Notes: a model not told the origin generated them from the sequence alone. A stretch of 64,000 nt of DNA from Lingula anatina (GCA_051362555.1 CM120645.1:14818001-14882000); one strand, 5' to 3'; shown: positions 28,101 to 39,236, numbered from the stretch's first letter. Made by a program: numbers and translations.

Positions 28101-29019
28101 ACATTGTCTTTGAAAGATGTTCAAGAGTTTCATTGCCGACTTGGGTTAGCACAGAAACGGCAAAGAGTGACAAGACCTAATCTGTACTATGATTTGCGCA
28201 GGAGAGATGACAAAGTAAAAGAAATGAAGACCATGAAACCACAGTGTCTCGATCTTCAGCAGAGACTAGATAGAAGAAATGCCGAGCTAAAAGAAATGAA
28301 GACCAAGTTGGACCATTGTCTGAATGAGAAGGCTGAAATTAAGCAACAACAAATGAGTGATTCAGCTGTTAAAGATTTGCCAAAAATGCAGGTGGGCGAC
28401 ATCCAAACCGTTCCTAGATTGGCTCGTATTAAGATGAAAGAGTTTCGTCGCCTACGTATGTTAGGAGAGGGCTACGCCAAAGAATCAAGGACGTGATCAG
28501 TACTTTGAAAGGTGCAGAGCGTATTGTAAAGGAGGATACAAACAACAGTATCCCAGAAAGTATGGTCTTTGATATGTTTAATTTATTGTGGAGATCTTAC
28601 AGGAATCTAAAAGACTACCAAGCATCCATCAACTACTGTAACGAAGCTTTATCATATCGGCACAAGTTGTTTGGTCCTGGCTGTATAAATAAAGATGTAG
28701 CAAGCTGTTATCACAGCTGCGGCCTCACACACGAACTGTGGGGAAAGCTCGATGATGCGGTAGGATTGTACAGTACATCTGTCATATATCACAGAATACT
28801 CCGTGAAAAAAAAACAACTGTGATGAATACCCCAGAGAGAAATTGCCGCTTTCTTTGCGACTTTTAGGGCGCACATATTCAAAGAAAGGTGACATGGAAG
28901 CTTCCAGCAAATATTTAAATATGGCATTAGAAGAAGAGATCAAGTTACATGGACAGGACGAAACGCACCCGAATATCAAGAAAATAAGATCTCTTTTGGA
29001 GAAAACCAAACGCACCTAA
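25198..29019 (+). CDS. TIR domain - duplicated coiled coil - TPR repeat protein; the TPR part is reached only across two -1 frameshifts (pseudogene, assembly error or recoding)
   Basis: Exons 25198-25340, 26754-27154 and 27685 onward join in frame. TIR: KYHAFLAHS..RDFRLG..SKDFLTSPWCKHE..VVPIL. Heptad-rich region to the stop at 28496. TPR-like helices in the -1 frame 28470-28810 (DVASCYHSCGLTHELWGKLDDAVGLY) and again in -1 to TAA 29019 (LLGRTYSKKGDMEASSKYLNMALE..HPNI). No signal peptide or TM segment. Confidence 0.8.
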
Positions 29020-29364
29020 TTCATAAGAACTAAGCAAAATAATAATAATAACGATTAACTATATGTATGTGCTTCAGATTTTGTTGGAATTGATGAAAAT
29101 GATAGGTCGAGAAGATAATGTCTCCCTATGTAAACTGTGCATGAAACCTGCAGTCAAAATGATAAGTACACGCAGATTTATTATTCGTTCAGAAATGTTT
29201 GCTGTATTTAAAAATAATGAATTAATCAATGTTCAAAGTTTTCCATATTCTTTGTTGAGCCCAAAATAACGAAACTTAATTTTCATTTGAATTTTTATTT
29301 TGACGGAGTCATTGGTGATATGCAAGAGCAGCCAGGAACACGACTGTCAGGGCCTTGAGTTCAG

Positions 29365-29549
29365 GCCCCAGTTTCACACAAAAAAAAAAACAAACTTGAG
29401 TCACTTCCCTGGCTCAGTTGACTAGGATTTCCATGAGAATGCTATTACTGTGTACATTGCTCCTGATAGGGTAAGATGTGACCATGAAACATTGGTAATT
29501 AAGTTCTTAGACAATGAACCTGACTTAAGTTTTTTTGTGAAACTGGGAC
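29365..29549. mobile_element. PIF/Harbinger-type MITE
   Basis: CAG|GCCCCAGTTTCACA ... TGTGAAACTGGGAC|CAG: TIRs with 3-bp CWG-type TSD. Confidence 0.7.
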
Positions 29550-29697
29550 CAGGGCTTTCAGAACAAACTGAACATATTTTTCAGAAAAATGTAACTAACG
29601 CCATATGTATTTAAGCTATAGAGAACGCGATGGCGCTTACTGTTCGGAATTTACCGGTACGCCCATTTTGTGAACAATTGATAATGCGACCAAAGCG

Positions 29698-29700
<3 letters not shown>

Positions 29701-29760
<60 letters not shown>
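29701..29760. repeat. (TA)30 microsatellite
   Basis: Direct reading. Confidence 0.95.
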
Positions 29761-29768
<8 letters not shown>

Positions 29769-30914
29769 AGCTTTGTTTTTGTCTATTAATGTATATACCG
29801 TATTTCAGAATTTATTTGTGCAAATTGTCAAACTAGTAAGTCATCCTCCATTTTTTACCGTCTTTCGACAGAAAAAAATGCCCTTAAATGTAAACTTGTA
29901 AATTCTGACCGTCACCCAGAAGACAGCCTCCGTCCGCCCCTGTGCATCTGCTCTCCTCATTCGGATTTTTATTGTTTATTTGTATATTTTTTTCTTTTGG
30001 AAAATAATCCGGCTTGTTTCTGTTTTTCATCAATTAGAGTGTTAGTATGATACAGAGTGCAAGCTTTGTTTAGATATATTATGAGAACTATTTAGCTAAT
30101 TAATGTTCTAAAATTACCTACATCAGTATGCATTAGTATTGAAGCTCTCCAATAATGTGAATTGTAATGTTATTTAATTTACCCAAAGCTTCAGTGATGT
30201 TATTACTAAAAAAATTGGTATTTGATTTATAACACATGAAACTGCCCCACCCTGTAGGAAAATATGCGGGTACATGTATGATAAGGGTTAACTTTAATTT
30301 TATGCGAATTTATTATTCCAATCTGTTACGGAAAGAGAATTGCTCGGTTTTCGGATTTTCAGGCGTTGTCATTATTCCGCCAGTACAATTATTCGAAATT
30401 TCGCCCGTACTGTAACGATTATGAAATCTCTGAGAGATAAATAAAGCTCTACGTCACCTACAGCTTTCAAAAGACATTCTCGGTTTAATTGATTTTTTTT
30501 CTAAACTGTATAATTCTTAATGATGATTCTAGTTCTAAATGAAATAAGATTTGGCAAAATCAAGGTCTTGTTATTACTGTTATTAATGCTCTAGGTATTC
30601 AACGTCTGGTCTAATTGAACCTGTCGATTTTAATTTTGGACCAGCAGATTTTCGGAAAGTGGTGATCCAAATGGTCATTGTAAGAATCGGATAACCGATT
30701 TTTGGTTTATTTTGATTAATGTAGACTTAAGCGGCCCATTTGCGTGATCTTTTATGTGAGGAGATAGGATTGCGAGGAGAATTGATTGACACTTCAGCAG
30801 CGTGGCTGTTTTGCAGTTTTCATTTTGTAGGAATAGACATTTTTGCGACACTCCTTTGTGCTTTTATGACACTTCAGACACCACATAGTATAATATCGTC
30901 AAGTTACATGTAGA

Positions 30915-33268
30915 GGGAGGGAATCATAACATGCATTCCGAAGGAGGATAGACCAAAACAATTTTTAAAAAATTGGCGCCCTATTACACTATTGAATACC
31001 GTTTACAAGATTGCCTCAGGTGTCGTATCAAGTAGAATAAAAACGGTATTGGATAAACTGATAAGTAAAGAACAGACTGGTTTCCTAAAAGGGAGATACA
31101 TAGGGGAAAATACTCGTTTAATCTATGATCTCATGCAATATACTGAGGAAAACCATGTACCTGGAATATTACTTCTAATAGATTTTGAGAAGGCATTCGA
31201 TAGTATATCATGGGACTTTCTAAATCAAGTTCTTATTTTCTTTAATTTCGGTCCAGACATAATAAATTACATTAAAACCTTTTATAAAAACATTACTTCA
31301 AGAGTAAATCAAGGAGGTCATTTATCCGAAATGTTTCAACCACAGCGTGGCCTGAGACAAGGTGATCCGATATCACCATATTTATTTTTGTTATGTTCTG
31401 AAATTCTTTCGGTAAGCATAAAGAATAACCCTCAAATTAAAGGAATACAAATTGGGGAAAATGAATACAAAATATCGCAATATGCAGATGACACGTCCTT
31501 AATCTTAGATGGTTCTGAACAATCCCTTAACGCCTCCCTACAGGATCTAAGATGGTTTGAAAAAATTTCGGGTTTAAAAATAAATTATGACAAAACTCAG
31601 GTTATTTGGATAGGGAGTAAAAAAAATTCAAATGAGAAACTGTGCAAAAATTGGACATTAATATGGGGTGCAACGTCTTTTAAATTATTAGGTATTAAAT
31701 TCTATGTCGAACTAGATACTATATGTGAAAGGAATTATCGGGGAAAAATTGAAAGTACTGAACGATTACTTAAACTATGGGAAAGACGAATTTTGACCCC
31801 CGTCGGCAGAATTACAGTGATTAAAAGTCTCATAATATCGAAATTTAACCATCTTTTTATTTCACTGTCTAACCCATCTAACCAAATAATTAAGGAGCTA
31901 AAAAAGCTAATCTTTGGATTTCTTTGGAAAGGTAAACCGGATAAAGTAAAAAGGGAAATAGTATGTAAAAAAATAAAAGATGGAGGACTGAATATGATAA
32001 ACGTAGAAGCTTCAATAATGGCATTCAAATTGACTTGGGTGAGACGGTTGATAAATAGGGAGGGTATTTGGCAAAATATCCTTTTGCATAGATATAAATT
32101 AGACTTGATGCTAAACTGTGGTTGTGAATATTTGCGCTTCTGTCAAACAGGCACACAGAATTTATTTTGGAAGGATGTTTTTTTAGCTTGGCAGGAATTG
32201 TTGAAAAAAAAAGAACAAATGACCGAGTTGAATAAAGTCCCCTTATGGTACAGTGACTCTTTGAGGATAAATAAAGAGACGCTGTTCCATAAAGAGATGT
32301 ATGATAAAGGATTTAGACAAGTGAACGATCTTATCAATGAAAAAGGTAGACTTTATTCATATAAAGAATTTTCTGAACTCTCCAATATTAAAATCAATTT
32401 TTTACAATACAATGGTATTATCGCAACAATAAATGATCTATACAGAAAAAAATTCAATCCACATAAAATCAAAATGTACGGTCCGTGGCAACCAGAAGGT
32501 ATACGAGTTATTGTAAGACAAACAAGGGGATCAAAAGATATGTACGACATATTAAATAGCTCGAATGCTAGGCCTATTTTTGAGGAAAAATGGTCAAATA
32601 TTTTTACTCCTCGGGATCATAGTTTTTGGGAAAAGATATATAAGAAAACCAATGTGTCGGTAAAGGACACAAAAATGCTGTGGTTCCAGTTTCGAATTTT
32701 CTATAGAATCCTCACCACAAATAACTTTGTATATAAAACTGGCCTAAGTCAATCACCTATGTGTACATTTTGCCACGAGGAGGTAGAAACTATATATCAT
32801 ATACTTTGGGATTGTAATATTGTACAAAACTTCTTACGCCAAGTAGAAGCATGGTTAATTTCTTGTAATATATATTTAAATTTCAGTAATATACAGTTTA
32901 TTTTAATTGACATTAATGAACGTAATGTATCCAATATAATCATGACTATACACATTAAGTTTTTCATATACAAAACAAAATGTCAGAAAGACGCACTGTT
33001 ACTCACAAAACTTCAACTTTATTTAGAAAATATATACAAAATCTATAAGCAAAAATACATTGTATCTCAAGACTTAGATAAATTCAATGTTATATGGCAG
33101 AAATGGAGGGGTATATATGGATTTGTGTAGTTGCATGTATACAAATTATTGACTATAATTTTCTTATTCGTTAAATCCTTGTGGACTTTGGTATTGTAAT
33201 GAATATTGTGTGCTTGTAAAAATTTATGTACTTGCTTTTTTTCTATTGCAATAAAAAAAAAAAAAAAA
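30915..33268 (+). mobile_element. 5'-truncated non-LTR retrotransposon (L1/Tx1 clade) nested in the 5' LTR
   Basis: 14-bp TSD AAGTTACATGTAGA (30901-30914, 33269-33282), single-copy in the intact 3' LTR. AATAAA running into poly(A) at 33250-33270. Starts inside ORF2 (GIITCIPK..KNWRPITLLN). Confidence 0.95.
30992..33130 (+). CDS. LINE ORF2 remnant: reverse transcriptase and C-terminal cysteine motif; endonuclease missing
   Basis: LIDFEKAFDS, GLRQGDPISPYLF, QYADDT, KLLGI, GGLN, CTFC..ETIYHILWDC; reading frame is open from the truncation point. Confidence 0.92.
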   Translation: MNTVYKIASGVVSSRIKTVLDKLISKEQTGFLKGRYIGENTRLIYDLMQYTEENHVPGILLLIDFEKAFDSISWDFLNQVLIFFNFGPDIINYIKTFYKNITSRVNQGGHLSEMFQPQRGLRQGDPISPYLFLLCSEILSVSIKNNPQIKGIQIGENEYKISQYADDTSLILDGSEQSLNASLQDLRWFEKISGLKINYDKTQVIWIGSKKNSNEKLCKNWTLIWGATSFKLLGIKFYVELDTICERNYRGKIESTERLLKLWERRILTPVGRITVIKSLIISKFNHLFISLSNPSNQIIKELKKLIFGFLWKGKPDKVKREIVCKKIKDGGLNMINVEASIMAFKLTWVRRLINREGIWQNILLHRYKLDLMLNCGCEYLRFCQTGTQNLFWKDVFLAWQELLKKKEQMTELNKVPLWYSDSLRINKETLFHKEMYDKGFRQVNDLINEKGRLYSYKEFSELSNIKINFLQYNGIIATINDLYRKKFNPHKIKMYGPWQPEGIRVIVRQTRGSKDMYDILNSSNARPIFEEKWSNIFTPRDHSFWEKIYKKTNVSVKDTKMLWFQFRIFYRILTTNNFVYKTGLSQSPMCTFCHEEVETIYHILWDCNIVQNFLRQVEAWLISCNIYLNFSNIQFILIDINERNVSNIIMTIHIKFFIYKTKCQKDALLLTKLQLYLENIYKIYKQKYIVSQDLDKFNVIWQKWRGIYGFV

Positions 33269-33359
33269 AAGTTACATGTAGATGTTCAGTGATTTTGTTA
33301 GAGGAAATTCAGCTTTTCAGGATAAAAAGGAATAATTGACATCCACGAAAGCCAGCAAT

Positions 33360-33488
33360 GTGAGTTTTATGATTGCTCTGTTGTATAAGTTAGTTTAACA
33401 TTCTTAATGCAGTTTAAAATTGTTTGTAACACTCTGTTTTATTTAAGAAGACATATTTATGTTCTTTTTTGGTTTGTTTTCGTTTTAG
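33360..33488 (+). other. Putative spliceosomal intron inside the LTR (identical copy at 39681-39809)
   Basis: Donor AAT|GTGAGT; long U-rich tract and acceptor TTTGTTTTCGTTTTAG|TC; lies between an Inr-like TCAGT (33286-33290) and AATAAA (33540-33545). Confidence 0.7.
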
Positions 33489-33604
33489 TCAGAACCATTG
33501 GACTACAAGTACTGATGCGTATCTGATGCTGGTTACTGAAATAAACATACAGAATATTTAACCAAGACTTTATTGTTCTCAATTAAGATCCGTGGGATCT
33601 TACA

Positions 33605-33621
33605 GTTCTGAATTGGCTTTC
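33605..33621 (+). promoter_or_regulatory. Non-canonical primer-binding site complementary to the spliced LTR junction
   Basis: GTTCTGAATTGGCTTTC directly follows the LTR-terminal CA. Its reverse complement GAAAGCCAATTCAGAAC matches the spliced LTR sequence GAAAGC[CAG]CAAT|TCAGAAC. Confidence 0.65.
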
Positions 33622-33626
33622 CAACC

Positions 33627-36600
33627 ATGTCACTTCAAGAGGAAATAGAAAGACAGCGTCATTTAATTGAAGAATTAGAGAGAGACATTGATCAATCTAT
33701 TCACTCTCTTTTAAGAGACATAAAGAGAGAACATTCACTTCTTACCAGTACACCGCACAATGTAGCTACTAGTACATCAATCAGTGAAGCTTCTATAAGC
33801 CCCATACCTCATCCAGGGACACCATACACATGTAGATCAGAGGGTATTTCCACAATGAATGCAGTGTCTGTGACATCTCCTGTCACAATGCCATCACTTG
33901 GTGCATTAAGTTCAAACATTCCAGCTTTCAGCCAGACGACATTCACATCTCACAATGTACCAGTTGTACCACAGTCTCAGTCTGCAATATCAACATCTAA
34001 TATACCAGTGTCTGTTGCGGTACCACTCACACCTTTTCCTAAACCTGTTTGGACAATGCAGGCTGCCCCTCTCACTGCTTCGCATGCAACACAGTCCATG
34101 ACATCACAGGGTGACCGTTTGCTGGGAAGTATTCCTGTATCATGTGAATTACCTGCGACTTCTCAGCTTACAGTGCCATCTCCAGCTGTATTTAGTACAA
34201 GCTTACCCGACTTTATTCACATAACACAACCAAATATTTATCATCCCCATGGTGCAGTAGCATTCTCCGCATCTCAGACTCCGATTCCAACGAGATTTGA
34301 AACAACAGCGTCTGTCGCAGTGCCACCCGCACCCATGCCTGCATACAGTATTCCATCTCAGACTATACAACACAGTGCAGTATATACACCAATATCTGAG
34401 TCTGTTTCACCAACAAGTGACTCACTGACCCCACTGATAGATGCAATGCAGTTGCCAAAGGTAGAATTGATGCCTTTTAATGGAAATCCTCTGCAGTACC
34501 ACCCATTTATGAGATCATTTGAAAACATGGTAGGACATAAAAATGTTCCTCATGCTGCAAAATTGGCCAGGCTCTTGCAATATTGTCGCGGCGAAGCTTA
34601 TAATCTTATACAGTGTTGCTGTGTTATGGAACCAGAACAGGGATATGCCACGGCTTTAAAGTTATTGAAAGAAAGGTACGGAGACAGTTACACTATTTTC
34701 CAGGCCTGGATACAGAAAATCATGAATAGGGGACCGGTGACGGATAATGTAGCTTTACGTCACTTTGCTGATGAGTTGAGATGCTGCTTTGAAACCTTGC
34801 GTGCAGTTGGGAGAAAGGAAGACATAAATAGTGGGGACTACCTACTTAAGATTGTACAAAAGCTGCCCCAATATATTAAACCCAGATGGTTGAAGTTGGT
34901 ACACAGTATCCGGTCTGAAGGAAGAAATCCTGACATAGGGGACTTGGTTAACTTTATCTCTTTAGCAGCAGACGAAAGGAATGACCCTGTTTTTGGCCAA
35001 CTTCTGTCTACTGGCAGAGAAGGAAGGAACAGACAGGTCACTGCCAATTACAGCACAAGTACCGACAGTCCACTGTGTGCCTGCTGTGGTTCACATCACA
35101 GTTTATTTAACTGTGAAGAATTCAAAGGTTTGAGAGTACAAGATAGACTAACTTTAGCAAAACAGAAGAATTTATGTTTCAATTGTTTGAGAACAGGACA
35201 TGTGGCCTTAAGATGTCCAGTGAACCGAGTATGCTCAGTAGAAGGGTGTGAACAGAAGCATACGAAATTTCTACATCTACCCCAGAGAAATGCAAACCAG
35301 AATATAGATGAAACGAGTACTGAAGAAGTTGCTTGTAATGCCACAGGGGCCGGGGTGGGCAAGCAAAAGATTGCACTTCCCATCATTAGTGTGAAGGTCC
35401 GTGGGCAAGGTCAAACCCAATTTGTTGAAACATATGCTCTTTTAGATAGTGGCTCAACTCAAAGTTTCTGTTCAGAAGAGTTAACAAGGTCATTGAACTT
35501 GGAATCTACCAGGAAAATTCACAACATTGTTTTGAACACACTTGGTCACCAAAAGAGAGTATTCAGTAAATCTGTAAACTTGGAGGTGACAAATGCAGAT
35601 GAAACTTTGATATATGACATGACAGATATATTGACTAGGCCCAAGCTAAATATAGGCACTGATAATATTGTTACTCAGGAAGAGTTGGACAACTGGCAAC
35701 ATTTGAAGGACATAAAGTTACCAGAAGTAGACATTGACCAAGTGCACATTCTTATCGGACAAGACATGCCAGAATTACTCAAACCAAGAGAGATCCGAGA
35801 AGGAAAGACAGGTATGCCATATGCAGTGAGAACAGCACTGGGATGGACAATCAACGGTCCAATTGGAGAAAGGTCAAGAGAAAATGTTGGAAGTTATTTT
35901 GTGAACACTTCCAATGAACTCCAGGACCAGATCAAGAACTTGTGGAAGCTAGATGGACATGATGAAGATTTTTCAGCTATGTCTGTCAATGACAAGAAGG
36001 TTATGACTATCTGGGAAAATTCATTACACTATGATGAAGAAAAAAAACATTACAGCATGGGCATTCCATTCCAAGAGCAGCCACTAAATCTCCCAGATAA
36101 CTGGCCTGTGGCAAATTTCCGTTTACAGTGCCTCAAAAGAAGGTTACAGAAAGACAAGTGGCTCCAAGAAAAGTATGTTGAAAGTATGGTAGAACTACGA
36201 GACAAAGGTTATGCAGAAGAGGTGAAAGAGGTCAGTAGAGATGATGGTTATGTTTGGTATCTGCCCCACCATCCAGTATTACACGCCAGAAAACCAGATA
36301 AAGTACGTATTGTTTACGACTGTGCAGCCAAGCACAAAGGCATTTCCCTGAATGATGCAATATATCAAGGCCCAGACTTAACAAACAAACTGATTGGAGT
36401 TTTACTGCGTTTTAGGCATCACCCCGTTGCTTTCATGGCTGATATTGAAGGAATGTTTTTACAAGTTAAGGTGGACGAGAATCATCGTGACGTGCTTCGA
36501 TTCTTGTGGTGGAAGGATGATGATATGAACAAACCAGTTCAAGTTTATAGAATGACAAGGCATCTGTTTGGAGGGGTATGGAGTCCAAGTTGTGCATCAT

Positions 36601-39236
36601 TTGCCCTACGGCGTACTGCGCTGGACAATTCCTTGAATTTCACCTCTCAGGCTATAGAAACTGTACTGCGGAATTTTTATGTTGATGACTGTCTCAAATC
36701 AGTACCTGATACACAACATGCGATTCAATTAGTTAAAGAATTGCGAGAATTATTGGCACTTGGAGGGTTCAAGCTCACGAAGTGGATAAGCAATTCACGG
36801 GAACTCCAACACTCTATTCCAGAAGCGGAGTGGGCCAAAGGAATTCCAACCTTAGATCTTGAACAAGATGAATTACCTGTGGAGAGAGCATTAGGTGTTT
36901 TGTGGGATGTGGAATCTGACAAACTTGGGTTCAATACGCTAGTCAAACAGAAACCTATTACCCGCCGAGGACTGTTAAGTGTTGTAAGCTCTGTGTATGA
37001 TCCCTTGGGATTTGTCAGCCCCTTTATTCAGAAAGCGAAAATGATGTTCCAGATGCTGTGCAAGTTGAAGATCGGCTGGGATGATCCATTACCAGAAGAC
37101 ATGGCTCATCAGTGGAACAAGTGGCAAAATGACTTACCTTTGATCAATGAGATGAAAGTTCAGCGATGTTTAGTACCACCAGCATTTGGTACCCCGATTG
37201 ATATTCAACTTCATCACTTCGCAGATGCATCTGAAAATGGGTACGGTGTCGTTACTTACCTACGTTTGACAAACGGAGAAGGCCACGTACACTGTGCATT
37301 TGTCATGAGTAGAGCTAGATTGGCCCCTTGCTCAGCGACCACAATACCCAGATTGGAGTTGTCTGCAGCTGTTATGGCAGTAGATTTAGATGAATTGCTA
37401 AGGAAGGAATTGGACTTTTCCTTTTCTCCTTCTGTCTTCTGGTCTGATAGCATGATAGTACTGCAATATATTGCAAATGAGGACAAGCGATTTAAGACTT
37501 TCGTGGCAAACAGAATTGCTAAGATAAGAGAAGTGACCTCACCATCTCAGTGGAGGCATATAAGTAGCAAATTAAACCCAGCTGATGACGTATCACGTGG
37601 TGCAACGCCCCAAGAGTTGGTCAGTAAGGAACAGTGGATTTGTGGTCCCTGTTTTTTGCAGTTTCCTGAGGCGGAATGGCCTAGTTCTCCTTACTTAGCA
37701 GAAGTAGAAGCTCATGATACTGAAGTAAAACAAGACGTTAGTGTCTACCATGCTGAGATTATGAAAACGGACATACTTGACAAGCTGATGGCAAGATATT
37801 CCACTTGGAATGAGCTAAAGAAAGCAGTAGCGTGGATATTAAGAGCAAAGTCTGTACTTAGGAGTAAAGTCTTAAAAAGGGTACAGCAAACGTGTGACTT
37901 GCTCTCTGTTGAAGAACTTAATGTGGCTGAAGAAGAGATTGTTAAGTATGTTCAAAGAAACATGACAAGGGAACAGTTTCAGAGCAAAGGTTTCAAAAGA
38001 CTATCGCCAGAAACCTTACCCAGCGGCATTTGGGTGGTTGGCGGTCGTTTGAGATATTCCAGCCTTGTGGAGACAGCCAAACACCAGTGGATTTTGCCAC
38101 AAAAGCATCCAGTTGTTTCTTTGATGGTGACAGTGAGACATTATCATAATGAAGCAGGGCATACAGGAGTGGAACATGTCCTTTCAGACATCAGACAGCG
38201 TTATTGGATTATGAATGGCCGTGCTGCCGTTAAACGAGAGATCTATAGGTGTATGTTGTGCAGAAAGTTAAAGGCCCCGACACTTGAACAACGAATGGCT
38301 GATTTGCCGAAGAATCGCACAGAAGCATTTCTACCACCCTTTACTATAGTGGGCGTTGACTTTTTTGGACCATTCTTTGTAAAACGTGCACGTAGTGAAG
38401 AAAAGAGGTACGGTTGTCTGTTCACGTGCCTAACATGCAGAGCAATACACATTGAGATATCTCATTCACTAAGCACCGATTCGTTCCTGAATGCTATGCA
38501 GAGATTCATTTGCCGACGAGGAGAACCTGAGGAAGTTCGCTCTGATAATGGAACCAATTTCACAGGAGCACATCGTGAACTGAGGGAACATATTAGTAGG
38601 TGGAATCAAAACAAGATAACGGACTGTTTACGTCAAAGGGAAATTAAGTGGGTGTTTAATCCTCCCTGCGCGTCACATATGGGAGGGATATGGGAACGGC
38701 AAATTAGAACAGTGCGATCAGTTCTCAGCTCATTGTTGGCTCAACAACCGCTCAAGTTGGATGATGAGGCTCTTTGTACTCTTATGTGCATAGTGGAGAA
38801 TATTGTGAATTCAAGGCCTATCACAAAGCTTTCTGATGATCCCAAAGACCTGTTGCCACTGACGCCTAATCATCTTTTACTGTTGCGTTCAGGACCAGTG
38901 TTACCACCTGGGGAATTCGTGAAACAAGATATGTACCATAGGCGGTGGAAACAGGTTCAGTATATTGCTGACTTATTTTGGCAGCGTTGGCTAAAATAAT
39001 ATCTGCCTTTGTTACAAGAGCGGCAAAAGTGGTTCAGTGTTAAGCGAAATCTCAAAGTTGGGGATTTGGTATTAGTGAAAGATGAAAGTACCCCGCGTCT
39101 GCAATGGCCAATGGGCTTGGTGACAAATACAAGTCCAAGTATGGACGGCCGTGTTCGCTCAGTCCAAGTTGGAACACAACATGGAATCTTCAAGGTACCA
39201 GTGACAAAACTTTGTCTTCTGGAAGGTGTAGACTGA
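33627..39236 (+). CDS. Bel/Pao Gag-Pol polyprotein with one premature stop at 38997-38999
   Basis: Gag LPKVELMPFNG and Cys/His knuckles; protease LLDSGS; RT ADIEGMFLQ and NFYVDD; Pao RNase H HHFADAS..IPRLEL..WSDS..NPADDVSRG; integrase HHCC plus GVDFFGP, SDNGTNF, GGIWER. The frame resumes after the TAA (K*YLPLLQERQKW) and runs to the stop at 39236. Confidence 0.95.

Noticed and set aside
29630-29836. ORF with IYIYIY run, and the similar THTHTH ORF at 23498
   Set aside because: Translations of microsatellites
33489-33497. Spliced LTR RNA reads TCAGAACCA, suggesting a CCA-ended tRNA mimic
   Set aside because: The final CA cannot pair with the template (the LTR ends in CA, not TG) and a full cloverleaf is not evident; may be coincidence
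31735-39193. Short antisense ORFs within the LINE and Gag-Pol
   Set aside because: Shadows of the long sense ORFs with no motifs; no env-like extra ORF was found
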